Shown here: piece by piece, positions 9,421 to 23,300 of the stretch
How positions within the stretch are numbered: the first letter of the stretch is position 1
Layout: each line of letters begins with the position of its first letter
Translations under genes and position numbers: made by a program
Assembly (NCBI RefSeq): GCF_021869535.1
Contig: NW_026262667.1
Span: forward strand, 1,178,001-1,242,000
Length of the DNA stretch: 64,000 bases
Source: Mytilus californianus
Lineage: Eukaryota
Direction of reading: 5' to 3'
The notes under the pieces: model-generated
Told to the model about the DNA's origin: nothing
The model's database searches: none
Seen by the model: only the letters and a program-made list of their open reading frames with translations

Positions 9421-10296
9421 CTAAAATCTCATTGATTTTTTGGCATATCTTCGTTTTTCACCAGCTGTCCATGACTTTGACTTGACTCGAAAACGTCGCA
9501 AATCTTCTGAGTGGTCGGAATGAAACATTGGTCGATAGCTCACTGGGTCACATAGATCTGGCTGTTCATTGAAGAATGCCTTGTAGCCACCATCTAGTAA
9601 ATAAATTTCTGGAAAGTTCAGTGATGGATAATTTTCTTTATTGAGTTCCCTGTCTTTGCTTCTGAGAAATCGTAACATTTTAGGACCTCTTTCAGACGAA
9701 AACTCACAGTGGAAGATCACAACTTCTTTATCTTTAGTCGGTTGACGAAGCAAAGTTAAAATGGTTTCATGCAAATACATATTCTCCGCTCCTCTAATAT
9801 GTCCACCTTCAAATTCATACGGGTATCGGCAGTCGATGATCCTGTAGTCACTGATTACGTCATCATAGTCTCCATTAACAACACCAGCAAGTGTCTGTGA
9901 AGTGATGCTTTTCAAATCAGAATGCTTTCCAGTGACAGTTGGTAAAGTATGTAATCTACTACCATCGGCTATGAAGTCGTCGTTCTCTTCAAGTTTGGTT
10001 ACCACTGCCTTTATATCGGTACAAACTTTTGGATGTTTTGAACATCTTGAGCTGTCATCTTCTAAACGCTGTCTCTTGGCAGATTTCTTCAAGCTATGTG
10101 TACATGAAATATGATCATCCATACCGAGACCAGAATCATCGTCATCACCAGGAAACAGATTTCGTTTGATGTTTGGAGTCATCACAGACATAAGGTCATT
10201 AGCCTTTACTGGTGTAGAATCAAAACTCCGGGTAGATATAGATGCTGGAATGACATTAATTTCATCATATGTGTCAAATAGTCGTCTTGAAAGCAT
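9421..10296 (-). CDS. cdc25: Cdc25 dual-specificity (M-phase inducer) phosphatase, 291 aa, single ORF without introns (copy B1)
   Basis: Rhodanese-fold Cdc25 motifs IIDCRYPYEFEGGHIRGA, HCEFSSERGP (CX5R), YPSLNFPEIYLLDGGYKAFF and C-terminal FRVKSKSW. In-frame TGA 9 codons upstream of the ATG; A-rich start context CAACAAAAATG. Confidence 0.97.
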   Translation of the reverse strand: MLSRRLFDTYDEINVIPASISTRSFDSTPVKANDLMSVMTPNIKRNLFPGDDDDSGLGMDDHISCTHSLKKSAKRQRLEDDSSRCSKHPKVCTDIKAVVTKLEENDDFIADGSRLHTLPTVTGKHSDLKSITSQTLAGVVNGDYDDVISDYRIIDCRYPYEFEGGHIRGAENMYLHETILTLLRQPTKDKEVVIFHCEFSSERGPKMLRFLRSKDRELNKENYPSLNFPEIYLLDGGYKAFFNEQPDLCDPVSYRPMFHSDHSEDLRRFRVKSKSWTAGEKRRYAKKSMRF

Positions 10297-13200
10297 TTTT
10301 GTTGGTGGTCTGAATTTAAACTGTCAAGTATAACGAATTAAATGTTAAATGTTTATGTTTGAAATATTACAAATTTCTATATTTATATTTTTGATTTGAC
10401 AATAACTAATTCCGGGCTCTAATAGGAAACCCGTGCTCATCTCGTTACTCAAGCAGTGTTCAACTCGGGGTCAACGTTGTAAAGCTTTTGTTAATTGTTT
10501 AATTAATCGCCAATCAATGTCTATGATTGAATTTGTTAGATCAAAAACATTTTCAAATAATTACTCTGGGATTTAAGGCTACAAAGATGATTACAATCAA
10601 TGACACAAAGTAATAAAGGCACGGAAGTAAGATAAGTGTTCACATAACAATTTTAATTCTAACGATACAAATTAAATCAATGGGGAAAAAGATAAACAAA
10701 AGGTAAATGATGCAAAATTTATATAAATAAATACGAAAACAAAAAACGAGGTTGTATTCAAATGTATCACTATGTAAGGTATAAGTATAAAAATAAAATT
10801 GATAAAATTCAATTAAATATTTGATTTTAGTCTCCTCTCTCAATTATATATAATACTACAATACATTAAATGTATAGTATATATATTAAACAGAGAATCA
10901 TTCTATACAGATAATAAGAAACTACAACATTAAACAAATAACAACAAATTCGTCTATTATAAAACATGAGTATATGTACATAATATACGTTACAGAATAA
11001 AAAAATTTACGCCTATTTAATGTAAGATAACAGACTTTGGCACAGCAATGAATTATATTAATATTTGTGAATAAAAACACTTAATTTTGTTAAAGTCATC
11101 AAAAGACTTAAAGGATCTTAAAATCGTATTATAATAGACACGTTAACATTACATGGGCTTCATCTTCTAAAATATTTTTACAATTATCACAGACTCAAAA
11201 TCGTAAATTTTTCAAATCTCCATGACCGATTCTTTTTTTTTTTTTTAACGACATTATATATTTATTCACCAAATATGCTTGTTACATTGTTACTACAATA
11301 AACCAAGCTTTTCTTGATGTATCCTGTAATATTCCACTGATTACCCAGGTTAGTAGTCAGCTACTGATATATATGCAGTAGTTGTCGTTTGTTGATGTGG
11401 TTCATAAGTGTTTCTCGTTTCTCGTTTTTTATATAGATTAGACCGTTGGTTTTCCCGTTTCAATGGTTTTACACTAGTAATTTTTGGGGCCCTTTATAGC
11501 TTACTGTTCGGTGTGAGCCAAGGCTCCGTGTTGAAGACCGTACTTTGACATATAATGGTTTACTTTTATAAATTTTGACTTGGATGGAGAGTTGTCTCAT
11601 TGGCACTCATACCACATCTTCTTATATCTATGTATGTACACATTTCTTGAAATACAATTGTACAACTTTTTTATGCATTATGTTTTTATCTATTCAATCT
11701 TCTATACTTCTTTTTAGTGACTTCAGTAATTGATTAAATTTTATTGTTGTGGTTTCGTTATATCTTTTTATGTATTCTTGAACAAAAACTTGATATACAT
11801 TTGTCAATTTCTGATTAGATACATAATATGATTTTTATAGAAAAACCTAAAATTGTTAGGAAATAGTTCAGACCAAAATAATTTGATCGATTCTTAGTGG
11901 TGCTACTCCATTTGAAATTTTTAATAGAAAATAGATTAAAATAAAACGAGATTGGGTAAAGTTCCTAAACATTTGTATCAATTCATTTTTAAATCGTTTT
12001 AGTGTAATAAACCTATATGTCTTTTTGTAAAATAATATATTATAGGGTATGATTTTTTAAATATTCAATACATGTGAAAAGGGTGGGGTACTGGATGTCT
12101 CAGCTGCAGACCCCAGCCACAGAAGGATTGAACTGGCCCCGGGGCTTGGTGACCGATGAAGAGCTGGTTGACATGCTGATGGACACAATTCTGCACTGCT
12201 ATTTTGAAGAGTTTTTTCTTTACTCGTGATGATAGTATTGCAAAACAAGTACTATTTTTAAAAAACTCCGACGCCTTCAGAAGGGGATATTTTGTTAAAA
12301 CTTATTTTTTTAAGTCTTTTTTTATTATATGACAAGACAAGTGTCTGGAAAATTATTCTGGTCATTGCACAAGTGTCTCCCTGTACTGGTTTTAAGAGGT
12401 TGCTTAAGAAATCTTCCATAAAGTACAGCCACCGGAACTTCTATAAGAGAAATGGACGGCATAGTTTCATCTCGAGAGTTTCATGTCAGCATGTTTTAGT
12501 ACTCCGCTTGCTTTCCGATAGTGTGGTCATTCATTATAAAAAATGAGGAGATGTGATAAGATTGCCAACGAAACTATCCACCAGAGTTGAAATGACGAAG
12601 ATATAAGCAATTACTGGTCACAGTACGGCCTTCAACAATGATCTTTATGAACCTGCGAGTGAAACAAATACAAGGGAAATTGACTCTACCTATTTTCTGA
12701 CTGAGGGCCGTAGTTGTGTCAAGATAACGAACTTCAAATATAATTGTAATTGATAAAAGAATCTCATAAAAAAATGCATGTTGATGCTTTTGTCCTTCAG
12801 AAAATTGAGTGTTGATGACATATTTTTTTTCATAATTTCTGTTAATTTTATTATACTTATTTCGAGGAAATTTGTGTGCTGATTCGCATATAGACAAGTT
12901 AAGATTAAAAGAGAGACATGTATAATCGAAAAGAACGGAAAATCTTAGACACAAAGAAAACGTTTTTAGTATCTCTGACCAGTCGTGTGCTATTAATCAC
13001 AAGGACTAGCGACACAAAATGGTATGAACGTTGTCCATTGTAGTAAGTCTTTTATTGCAGCGACACAAACTGGTATGTACGTTGTCCATTGTAGTAAGTC
13101 TTTTGTTACAGCGACACAAAGTGGTATGTACGTTGTCCATTGTAGTAAGTCTTTTATTACAGCGACACAAAGTGGTATGTACGTTGTCCATTGTAGTAAG

Positions 13201-16200
13201 TCTTTTATTACAGCGAAACAAAGTGATATGTACGTTGTCCTTGTAGTAAATCTTTTATTACAGCGACAGAAAGTGGTATGTACGTTGTCCATTGTAGTAA
13301 GTCTTTTATTACAGCGACACAAAGTGGTATGTACGTTGTCCATTGTAGTAAGTCTTTTATTACTACCACGTGACAGAATACGAACTAAATCTATTTATTT
13401 TGAGCAAGAAATTAAATCTTACATCTTGTACAGAAAAAAATGTTTACCCTCACTGATATTAACAAATATTAAAATTATTAAATCAGTTAAACAATTTTTT
13501 TTGCACTAAAACCGAGCACATTTGCGCACTGTTGTTATCACAGCGAGCGCGAGAAGAATGACTTAATTAAGCGACGAAAAGCAAAATATATAGTATAGAA
13601 GAAACTGTAAGTTATTATGTGAGGGGGTGGACAGGGGTAAGGCAACATGGGAATGAGGGGCGGGATATGGGGGAAGAGGTGGAGAAAAAATAAGGATATT
13701 CTGGGAAATATTTCTTTGCCGATTTTCGTCTGTGAGTGATTGGAGGCAAGTGGGAGTTGAGGGTAGGGAAGTAGAAATCAGGGACCCCCCCTTTTCCACC
13801 CCTCTTATGTCGACAAACGATTGTCTGTAATTATTGGTAAAAATAGGACATTATGATAATTGCAGTGACTGCATTTCTAATTAACATGTAGAAATCGTTT
13901 ACAGTTTTTAGAAATGCAGTTGTCTCCCTTTCCTCGCAAAATTCGACGAACCGGTTTATTTCAGTTAGTATATTATGTGTACTAACATAAAATGTCCAGC
14001 ACTAGGGTTTAAGACTAAAAAGAAGAACACGTCGTCGTAAAGATTTGATGGTAAGAAAGAGTTTCTGATGTTTGTAAGTCTTTTTTTTTATGTGTTTATT
14101 GCATCGGCGATGACGTGGCTAACATTAAGGCAGCGAGTCAACTGCCTCACCAATTTAGATAAAAATAGAAAAGTATATGAATAGATAGATGTATTCGTAT
14201 GCCTCAAGCTTTGGTTCTAAACATTTGACTTTTCTGCTCTTCAATATTAAATTTAAGCGTAATTAGTCCATCATTTTTTGTATCATAAAAATGAAAAAGG
14301 TAGGTACAAATAACTTTTTTTAGGAACGGCCAAATGATAGTTTGTCAGAGGAGAGGAGTCAGAACTAGACGTGAATCTGACATTTTTAACCGGCAGTTTC
14401 AATCAAATGTAATGACTTAATGAGCATTGGAAATAAGTATTATTACATTGGTAGCATTGAATTACATTGATTTCCCAGTCAAATAAAAACCGATAATTTC
14501 ACATGTGAAATAAACGTGGTTATTTCACTCTCTGACGTCATACAACAATAGGCGTTGTCAAGACGTCGAAAACGTCGGATCAAAACAAATTGTGAATGCG
14601 TAGAAAAAAGATATAGTTCCTTACATTTTCTACATTAATTTCATTAAAAAAAAGCCATTTGCCAATGTAATAAAAAGAATAACTAATCAAAGAATTCAAA
14701 TATCGAAAAATATTCAACTCGTGACCGAACAACACTGATAATTAACTCATGCGCTACGCGCATTCGTGAATTAATGTGTTGTTCGTCACTCGTTGAATAT
14801 TTTTCTCTATTTGAATTCTTCGATTAGTTATTCTATAATTATTTCATACGATGATAAAATTATGCCAAAAATCAGAATTTTTCATAGACAAGAACCTTGT
14901 GCCATGGTGTAGCCAATCAAGTCTCTTCTTCCACGCCCACCCCCAAAAAAAGAAAGGAAAAAAGAGGGAGAAACTAGACAATACTTAAATCTTAAAAATA
15001 AAAATCATGATTCCAATTATAAATACAATGTAGCTGAAATTTAGTTAAAGATACTAATTTGATTTGAAACATTTTCTTTGTCAGTTAATTATTGTATACG
15101 ACTGCATATTCAGTTTTTCTTAATTATAGGATATCTAGCTAGTTTATTTCTTTATTCTGCATAAGAATGATCCTAAGGTTGTACTGGTGTACAGAAATAT
15201 TTACCATAGATTTCTTCCGGGTGGCAGTATGGTCAATGTCAGGGGAGGGGACGTTTGTTTGGCGTTTCTCGATGTATCGGTACGTATATTATTATACTCA
15301 GACACTTTCCAACATACCCCCTTTTTCCAGTGGCAGTCTGAATTCAGTATCCACCCTTTTCGATCGACCCATTTTGCAGAAACTTTTTAATGGGTATAAT
15401 GTTGATTTGTTCTCATTCTAAACCACAAGGATTGACTGACTTATAAAAATGTGGTCATCCATGGACTTCTCCCTTCCTGTACTAAAACCCATGCTTAAAA
15501 GGGGGTCCGTCTGTCTGTGTGGGTTGTATAAATACACAGCCACGTTCGGTCGGAACTAGAACATGTTAAATCCAAGGCCTCATGTACTTGAAAAAAAATC
15601 AGATTTTATGCATAAGGGGCATTTTAAATCCAAAATAGGCATAAACGTATCCTCTGTTAAACTTACTAACATTTTCATAGAGGTTGGGCGATCTTTAAAA
15701 ATACAGCTAAATCTAGCCAAAAAAAAAAAAACTGTGACACAAAAAAATGTTGACTCTAACTTGCACTCAATGAGAAAGAATCTTATAAATTATGGAATAA
15801 TTTACTCTTCTAATCCGAAAGATCCTCTGGTAAAAAAAAATTATTGCAAATTATATAGAGAATATAACAAATGCAGAAAAAATAAAAAAATAAAGTGCTG
15901 TGTCATAAGCGCATGATACGCCCGTCGCATTTCAAAGAATAACGTTCCTCTGGTATCTTTCGTCCCTCTTCCATAACTCCTCAATGTCATATCAGAAATT
16001 TCTAAAAAAAAAACTAAAAGGAGGTTATTTTAATAAATATAAACCAGTCACCAAAGTTTCATAAAAACTGCCTAAAGCACTTTTGAGTTATTGTCCGAAA
16101 ACTGGAAATCACCCCTTTTTAATGAATAAAACCCCATAACTCGGAAACGTAAAATTTAAAATTTATAAAAATCGAAAGGGAGCTCACGTCAATAGACATT

Positions 16201-16637
16201 AACAATTCACCAAAGGTGCATGCAAATTAGTTAAAGCGTTTTTGAGTTATTATCCGAAAACTGGAAAATCCCCCTTTTTTAATGAAAAAAACCCATAACT
16301 CGGAAATGTAAAATCTAAAATTTATAAAAATCGAAAGGGAGCTCACGTCAATAGATATAAACAATTCAACAAAGTTTAATGCAAATTGGTTGAAGCGTTT
16401 TTGAGTTATTGTCCGACATGTTGACGACGAACGGACGGACGGACAACGAAATACCATAATACGTCCCGTAAAAACTTTCCATTTCTAAGTAGCAACATTT
16501 TAGCAGCGCCTACATACGGAGTATATATCTCCCAATTGATACGATATACCAGGGCTTGTGTTTCCTATCAAGATTTCCTTGATAGAGGGTTACTGCTCAC
16601 AAGAGTTCCAATGGTTCCAAGTTGAAATCATCCTTTC

Positions 16638-17516
16638 ATGGTTTATGGCGAACTTGGTGTCTATCCCATGGCAGTCTACATTAAACTGCGTATGGTAAAT
16701 TATTGGTGTAGAATTGTCCACGGCAAAGAAAATAAGTTGTCACACATTTTGTATAACTTTATGTTTTTTAAATATTCACAGAATAACTGTACGTCTGAAT
16801 GGGTTATTTTTATAAAAAATATTCTTGAAACATGTGGCTATAGTAATATCTGGTTAGCACAAACTGGCTTTAACACAAAATGGCTAAATAATAGTTTAAA
16901 ACAGAAGTTATTTGACCAATTTCAACAAAACTGGCGTTCAGATATATGTAATTCGTCAAAAGGTTTATCGTACAGATTATATAAGGATAAGTTTGAATTC
17001 GAAAAATATTTAGATATATTACCAGATAGAGATAGGGTTATATTTTGTAGATTTAGAACTGGTAATCATAGATTACCAATTGAAACTGGTAGATGGATAG
17101 GTTTAGATAGAGAAAGGAGATATTGTAATTTATGTCAATGTCAAGAATTAGGTGACGAATTTCACTTTCTTCTGAATTGTAGATCCCTAGACGACTCAAG
17201 AAAACTGTTTTTGGATAATTGTTATTGTAACAGAGTAAATGTAATTAAATTTTGTAAATTATTACAAACAACACATAGAAATAAGTTAAAAAATATATGT
17301 AAATTTATAAAGGTTATAAATTCATTAGCAGGTCTTCCTGGTTAGCCTTTGTCTATCTGTTTTTCTATTATAATAACTAAATGATCTTGTATAGTAATTG
17401 TAACATTCATATCTTGTCATGTGCACAATTTATTTTGTATACTATGTATTATTATTTCATTCTTTGTACCAATGTGTATACAATGGTTTTAAAGAATAAA
17501 ATTGTCTTGTCTTGTC
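16638..17516 (+). mobile_element. Same LINE 3' fragment, unit 2 (ORF 16638-17345)
   Basis: Identical ORF translation in the track. Confidence 0.85.
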
Positions 17517-19434
17517 TTTCGTAAATTTTACGGACGCCTTCACGAGTTGGTTGATCGTTATCGAATATCTGTTTCACAGACGACGACGGACGTGTTCAAA
17601 TTGTCGTAACCACAATCCCGTACTCTTTTCCCCGAATGTGACCTACCGAATTAGACTTGTCACTGGGTTTGCACTAAAATGAACAACACGACGGATGCCA
17701 CATGTGGAGCAGGATCTGATTACCCTTCCAGGGCATCTGAGATCACCCCGGTTTTTTGTGGGGTTCGTGTTGCTCAGTCTTCAGTTTTCTATGTTGTGTT
17801 TAGTGTACATTGATTGATTAAAAAATAGTGCTTTTTAAAATGTGTTTTCCATGCGAAAAGCTGAGAACCGTTCTGCAATTCATTTCAAATTTTTAAATAT
17901 GTTTTTTCTTATATCAAAATGTGGGTGATGCTTGATATTGATACTTGAACTTATAAAATGTGAACAAAATTAAGTTTCAAATATCAGCACATTATTCCTA
18001 AAGAGTATTGATATTGAGCCAAACAATTTTAGTTTAATGAAAACAAAATTGCAAAATCCCCTTACCGGAACTTTGCTCAATTACCTATAAATGTCTACCG
18101 AAATTTACAGTATCACAGTTTTATGTACGTCCATTTAGGTTTAAATAAAATGTTACATTATCTCGATTTTTGACGTGTAAATATATTTATAAATACTCAC
18201 AGATGGCTTAAAACTCGATTTTAGTAAGTATCCCCCCCCCCCCCCCCCAAAAAAAAAAGAAAAAATATAAAAGATTTATAAAACGAAAGCAAAATTTCAT
18301 ATGAGACCATCAGAGGAGAAAAACTTTGTAAATTGGCTAATCAGTATAAATTATTGCCTCTGGAGGCATCCGATCTGAACATAAGTAGATCATCATGTGT
18401 AGAGGATATCCAATACATTATTCTGAGAGGTTTATTCGAGGTGGCCAAGAAGTGGCAGAGAAGATGACAAAAAAAATAATTTCCATGTGATTTCAATGAG
18501 AAGTAGGTGCAATCAATGAACGCCATATGGATAAAAAGACGTGCACGCCAATGAAACACCAACCAAACGACAAAAAAAATCAAATTGCATACAGTCTTAA
18601 AAAAAGACAGTTATCTACCCAAAATGTCTAGTTTGATAACGTCCATAGTCTATATAAGTTGTGAATTGATTGGACAGAAAAAATCCAATAACTACCGTCG
18701 ACACCGAATTCTCAAACATTAAAGGAGGCGTTTGTCGAGAGTCTTTCAATCGCCTAAGGTTTTTAAACATTTCTGCTTCAGCGCAGTTTCAAGGAAGAAG
18801 ATTGTTTTGAATTGACCAAATAGAACCTTCAAAGGTTTTTCATCAGCACTATGTGCCATTAATTCCGCTATGACTGGTAGCCAATCAACATTAAATAAAA
18901 TGAGGATCTGTGTAGAGGAGCAACCAATCATAAACATTCAGCTTCAAAACACGTCGTCTTGTTATTTCAGAGCAGAAGATTTTTTTAAATTGATCATTCA
19001 GAACTTAAGATTGTCTCTATATTCATATTTTTCTCCGATCGGAACGAACAGGGGAATTATTAAAGATTTAGATCTTCAATACATTATTCCTGTCAAGTTT
19101 AGTTCAAATTTGAAAGAGATAACGAATTCTGAGTGATAATTGTGAATAGCCCAGAGTGCATTAATAGCTTTTTTTTATGTCATATTTACTGTTTTCAATT
19201 TGACATAGGCTTGTTTAAAATAACTTGAGGTCTTTCTCAGTATCAGCAGTAAAAAAAATATACATCATGACAAAACAAAAACATTTAGATATTGGTAATC
19301 TTTAATATATGAATACCGTTTTATAACTGATAACAATAACAATAAAATACAGTTTGTATAAAACAAAGCACCGAAATCACTTCTATCATAGATAACTATT
19401 AGCACTAGTAAATTTCTAAATTAATAAGACAGTT

Positions 19435-20310
19435 CTAAAATCTCATTGATTTTTTGGCATATCTTCGTTTTTCACCAGCTGTCCATGACTTTGACTTGAC
19501 TCGAAAACGTCGCAAATCTTCTGAGTGGTCGGAATGAAACATTGGTCGATAGCTCACTGGGTCACATAGATCTGGCTGTTCATTGAAGAATGCCTTGTAG
19601 CCACCATCTAGTAAATAAATTTCTGGAAAGTTCAGTGATGGATAATTTTCTTTATTGAGTTCCCTGTCTTTGCTTCTGAGAAATCGTAACATTTTAGGAC
19701 CTCTTTCAGACAAAAACTCACAGTGGAAGATCACAACTTCTTTATCTTTAGTCGGTTGACGAAGCAAAGTTAAAATGGTTTCATGCAAATACATATTCTC
19801 CGCTCCTCTAATATGTCCACCTTCAAATTCATACGGGTATCGGCAGTCGATGATCCTGTAGTCACTGATTACGTCATCATAGTCTCCATTAACAACACCA
19901 GCAAGTGTCTGTGAAGTGATGCTTTTCAAATCAGAATGCTTTCCAGTGACAGTTGGTAAAGTATGTAATCTACTACCATCGGCTATGAAGTCGTCGTTCT
20001 CTTCAAGTTTGGTTACCACTGCCTTTATATCGGTACAAACTTTTGGATGTTTTGAACATCTTGAGCTGTCATCTTCTAAACGCTGTCTCTTGGCAGATTT
20101 CTTCAAGCTATGTGTACATGAAATATGATCATCCATACCGAGACCAGAATCATCGTCATCACCAGGAAACAGATTTCGTTTGATGTTTGGAGTCATCACA
20201 GACATAAGGTCATTAGCCTTTGCTGGTGTAGAATCAAAACTCCGGGTAGATATAGATGCTGGAATGACATTAATTTCATCATATGTGTCAAATAGTCGTC
20301 TTGAAAGCAT
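19435..20310 (-). CDS. cdc25: Cdc25 phosphatase copy B2, with V30A and active-site-loop S200L substitutions
   Basis: Same ORF as B1 except GTA>GCA (nt 20222) and TCG>TTG (nt 19712), giving HCEFLSERGP. Confidence 0.96.
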   Translation of the reverse strand: MLSRRLFDTYDEINVIPASISTRSFDSTPAKANDLMSVMTPNIKRNLFPGDDDDSGLGMDDHISCTHSLKKSAKRQRLEDDSSRCSKHPKVCTDIKAVVTKLEENDDFIADGSRLHTLPTVTGKHSDLKSITSQTLAGVVNGDYDDVISDYRIIDCRYPYEFEGGHIRGAENMYLHETILTLLRQPTKDKEVVIFHCEFLSERGPKMLRFLRSKDRELNKENYPSLNFPEIYLLDGGYKAFFNEQPDLCDPVSYRPMFHSDHSEDLRRFRVKSKSWTAGEKRRYAKKSMRF

Positions 20311-23300
20311 TTTTGTTGGTGGTCTGAATTTAAACTGTCAAGTATAACGAATTAAATGTTAAATGTTTATGTTTGAAATATTACAAATTTCTATATTTAT
20401 ATTTTTGATTTGACAATAACTAATTCCGGGCTCTAATAGGAAACCCGTGCTCATCTCGTTACTCAAGCAGTGTTCAACTCGGGGTCAACGTTGTAAAGCT
20501 TTTGTTAATTGTTTAATTAATCGCCAATCAATGTCTATGATTGAATTTGTTAGATCAAAAACATTTTCAAATAATTACTCTGGGATTTAAGGCTACAAAG
20601 ATGATTACAATCAATGACACAAAGTAATAAAGGCACAGAAGTAAGATAAGTGTTCACATAACAATTTTAATTCTAACGATACAAATTAAATCAATGGGGA
20701 AAAAGATAAACAAAAGGTAAATGATGCAAAATTTATATAAATAAATACGAAAACAAAAAACGAGGTTGTATTCAAATGTATCACTATGTAAGGTATAAGT
20801 ATAAAAATAAAATTGATAAAATTCAATTAAATATTTGATTTTAGTCTCCTCTCTCAATTATATATAATACTACAATACATTAAATGTATAGTATAGATAT
20901 TAAACAGAGAATCATTCTATACAGATAATAAGAAACTACAACATTAAACAAATAACAACAAATTCGTCTATTATAAAACATGAGTATATGTACATAATAT
21001 ACGTTACAGAATAAAAAAATTTACGCCTATTTAATGTAAGATAACAGACTTTGGCACAGCAATGAATTATATTAATATTTGTGAATAAAAACACTTAATT
21101 TTGTTAAAGTCATCAAAAGACTTAAAGGATCTTAAAATCGTATTATAATAGACACGTTAACATTACATGGGCTTCATCTTCTAAAATATTTTTACAATTA
21201 TCACAGACTCAAAATCGTAAATTTTTCAAATCTCCATGACCGATTCTTTTTTTTTTTTTAACGACATTATATATTTATTCACCAAATATGCTTGTTACAT
21301 TGTTACTACAATAAACCAAGCTTTTCTTGATGTATCCTGTAATATTCCACTGATTACCCAGGTTAGTAGTCAGCTACTGATATATATGCAGTAGTTGTCG
21401 TTTGTTGATGTGGTTCATAAGTGTTTCTCGTTTCTCGTTTTTTATATAGATTAGACCGTTGGTTTTCCCGTTTCAATGGTTTTACACTAGTAATTTTTGG
21501 GGCCCTTTATAGCTTACTGTTCGGTGTGAGCCAAGGCTCCGTGTTGAAGACCGTACTTTGACATATAATGGTTTACTTTTATAAATTTTGACTTGGATGG
21601 AGAGTTGTCTCATTGGCACTCATACCACATCTTCTTATATCTATGTATGTACACATTTCTTGAAATACAATTGTACAACTTTTTTATGCATTATGTTTTT
21701 ATCTATTCAATCTTCTATACTTCTTTTTAGTGACTTCAGTAATTGATTAAATTTTATTGTTGTGGTTTCGTTATATCTTTTTATGTATTCTTGAACAAAA
21801 ACTTGATATACATTTGTCAATTTCTGATTAGATACATAATATGATTTTTATAGAAAAACCTAAAATTGTTAGGAAATAGTTCAGACCAAAATAATTTGAT
21901 CGATTCTTAGTGGTGCTACTCCATTTGAAATTTTTAATAGAAAATAGATTAAAATAAAACGAGATTGGGTAAAGTTCCTAAACATTTGTATCAATTCATT
22001 TTTAAATCGTTTTAGTGTAATAAACCTATATGTCTTTTTGTAAAATAATATATTATAGGGTATGATTTTTTAAATATTCAATACATGTGAAAAGGGTGGG
22101 GTACTGGATGTCTCAGCTGCAGACCCCAGCCACAGAAGGATTGAACTGGCCCCGGGGCTTGGTGACCGATGAAGAGCTGGTTGACATGCTGATGGACACA
22201 ATTCTGCACTGCTATTTTGAAGAGTTTTTTCTTTACTCGTGATGATAGTATTGCAAAACAAGTACTATTTTTAAAAAACTCCGACGCCTTCAGAAGGGGA
22301 TATTTTGTTAAAACTTATTTTTTTAAGTCTTTTTTTATTATATGACAAGACAAGTGTCTGGAAAATTATTCTGGTCATTGCACAAGTGTCTCCCTGTACT
22401 GGTTTTAAGAGGTTGCTTAAGAAATCTTCCATAAAGTACAGCCACCGGAACTTCTATAAGAGAAATGGACGGCATAGTTTCATCTCGAGAGTTTCATGTC
22501 AGCATGTTTTAGTACTCCGCTTGCTTTCCGATAGTGTGGTCATTCATTATAAAAAATGAGGAGATGTGATAAGATTGCCAACGAAACTATCCACCAGAGT
22601 TGAAATGACGAAGATATAAGCAATTACTGGTCACAGTACGGCCTTCAACAATGATCTTTATGAACCTGCGAGTGAAACAAATACAAGGGAAATTGACTCT
22701 ACCTATTTTCTGACTGAGGGCCGTAGTTGTGTCAAGATAACGAACTTCAAATATAATTGTAATTGATAAAAGAATCTCATAAAAAAATGCATGTTGATGC
22801 TTTTGTCCTTCAGAAAATTGAGTGTTGATGACATATTTTTTTTCATAATTTCTGTTAATTTTATTATACTTATTTCGAGGAAATTTGTGTGCTGATTCGC
22901 ATATAGACAAGTTAAGATTAAAAGAGAGACATGTATAATCGAAAAGAACGGAAAATCTTAGACACAAAGAAAACGTTTTTAGTATCTCTGACCAGTCGTG
23001 TGCTATTAATCACAAGGACTAGCGACACAAAATGGTATGAACGTTGTCCATTGTAGTAAGTCTTTTATTGCAGCGACACAAACTGGTATGTACGTTGTCC
23101 ATTGTAGTAAGTCTTTTGTTACAGCGACACAAAGTGGTATGTACGTTGTCCATTGTAGTAAGTCTTTTATTACAGCGACACAAAGTGGTATGTACGTTGT
23201 CCATTGTAGTAAGTCTTTTATTACAGCGAAACAAAGTGATATGTACGTTGTCCTTGTAGTAAATCTTTTATTACAGCGACAGAAAGTGGTATGTACGTTG

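Larger units (their letters stand above)
505..10509. repeat. Tandem segmental repeat unit 1 (10,005 bp: cdc25 upstream region, TE block, cdc25 B)
   Basis: The whole ORF track recurs at offsets of about 10,005-10,018. Sequence left of 505 differs from the later copies (last diagnostic difference T504 vs G10509/G20523/G30541). Confidence 0.95.
10510..20523. repeat. Tandem segmental repeat unit 2 (10,014 bp)
   Basis: Near-identical to unit 1. Private substitutions seen at 10623, 10882, 13448, 13450, 14197, 14848, 17922, 19712 and 20222. Confidence 0.95.

Noticed and set aside
9902-10114. Plus-strand 70-aa ORF overlapping cdc25 (and copies)
   Set aside because: Antisense shadow of the cdc25 coding frame.
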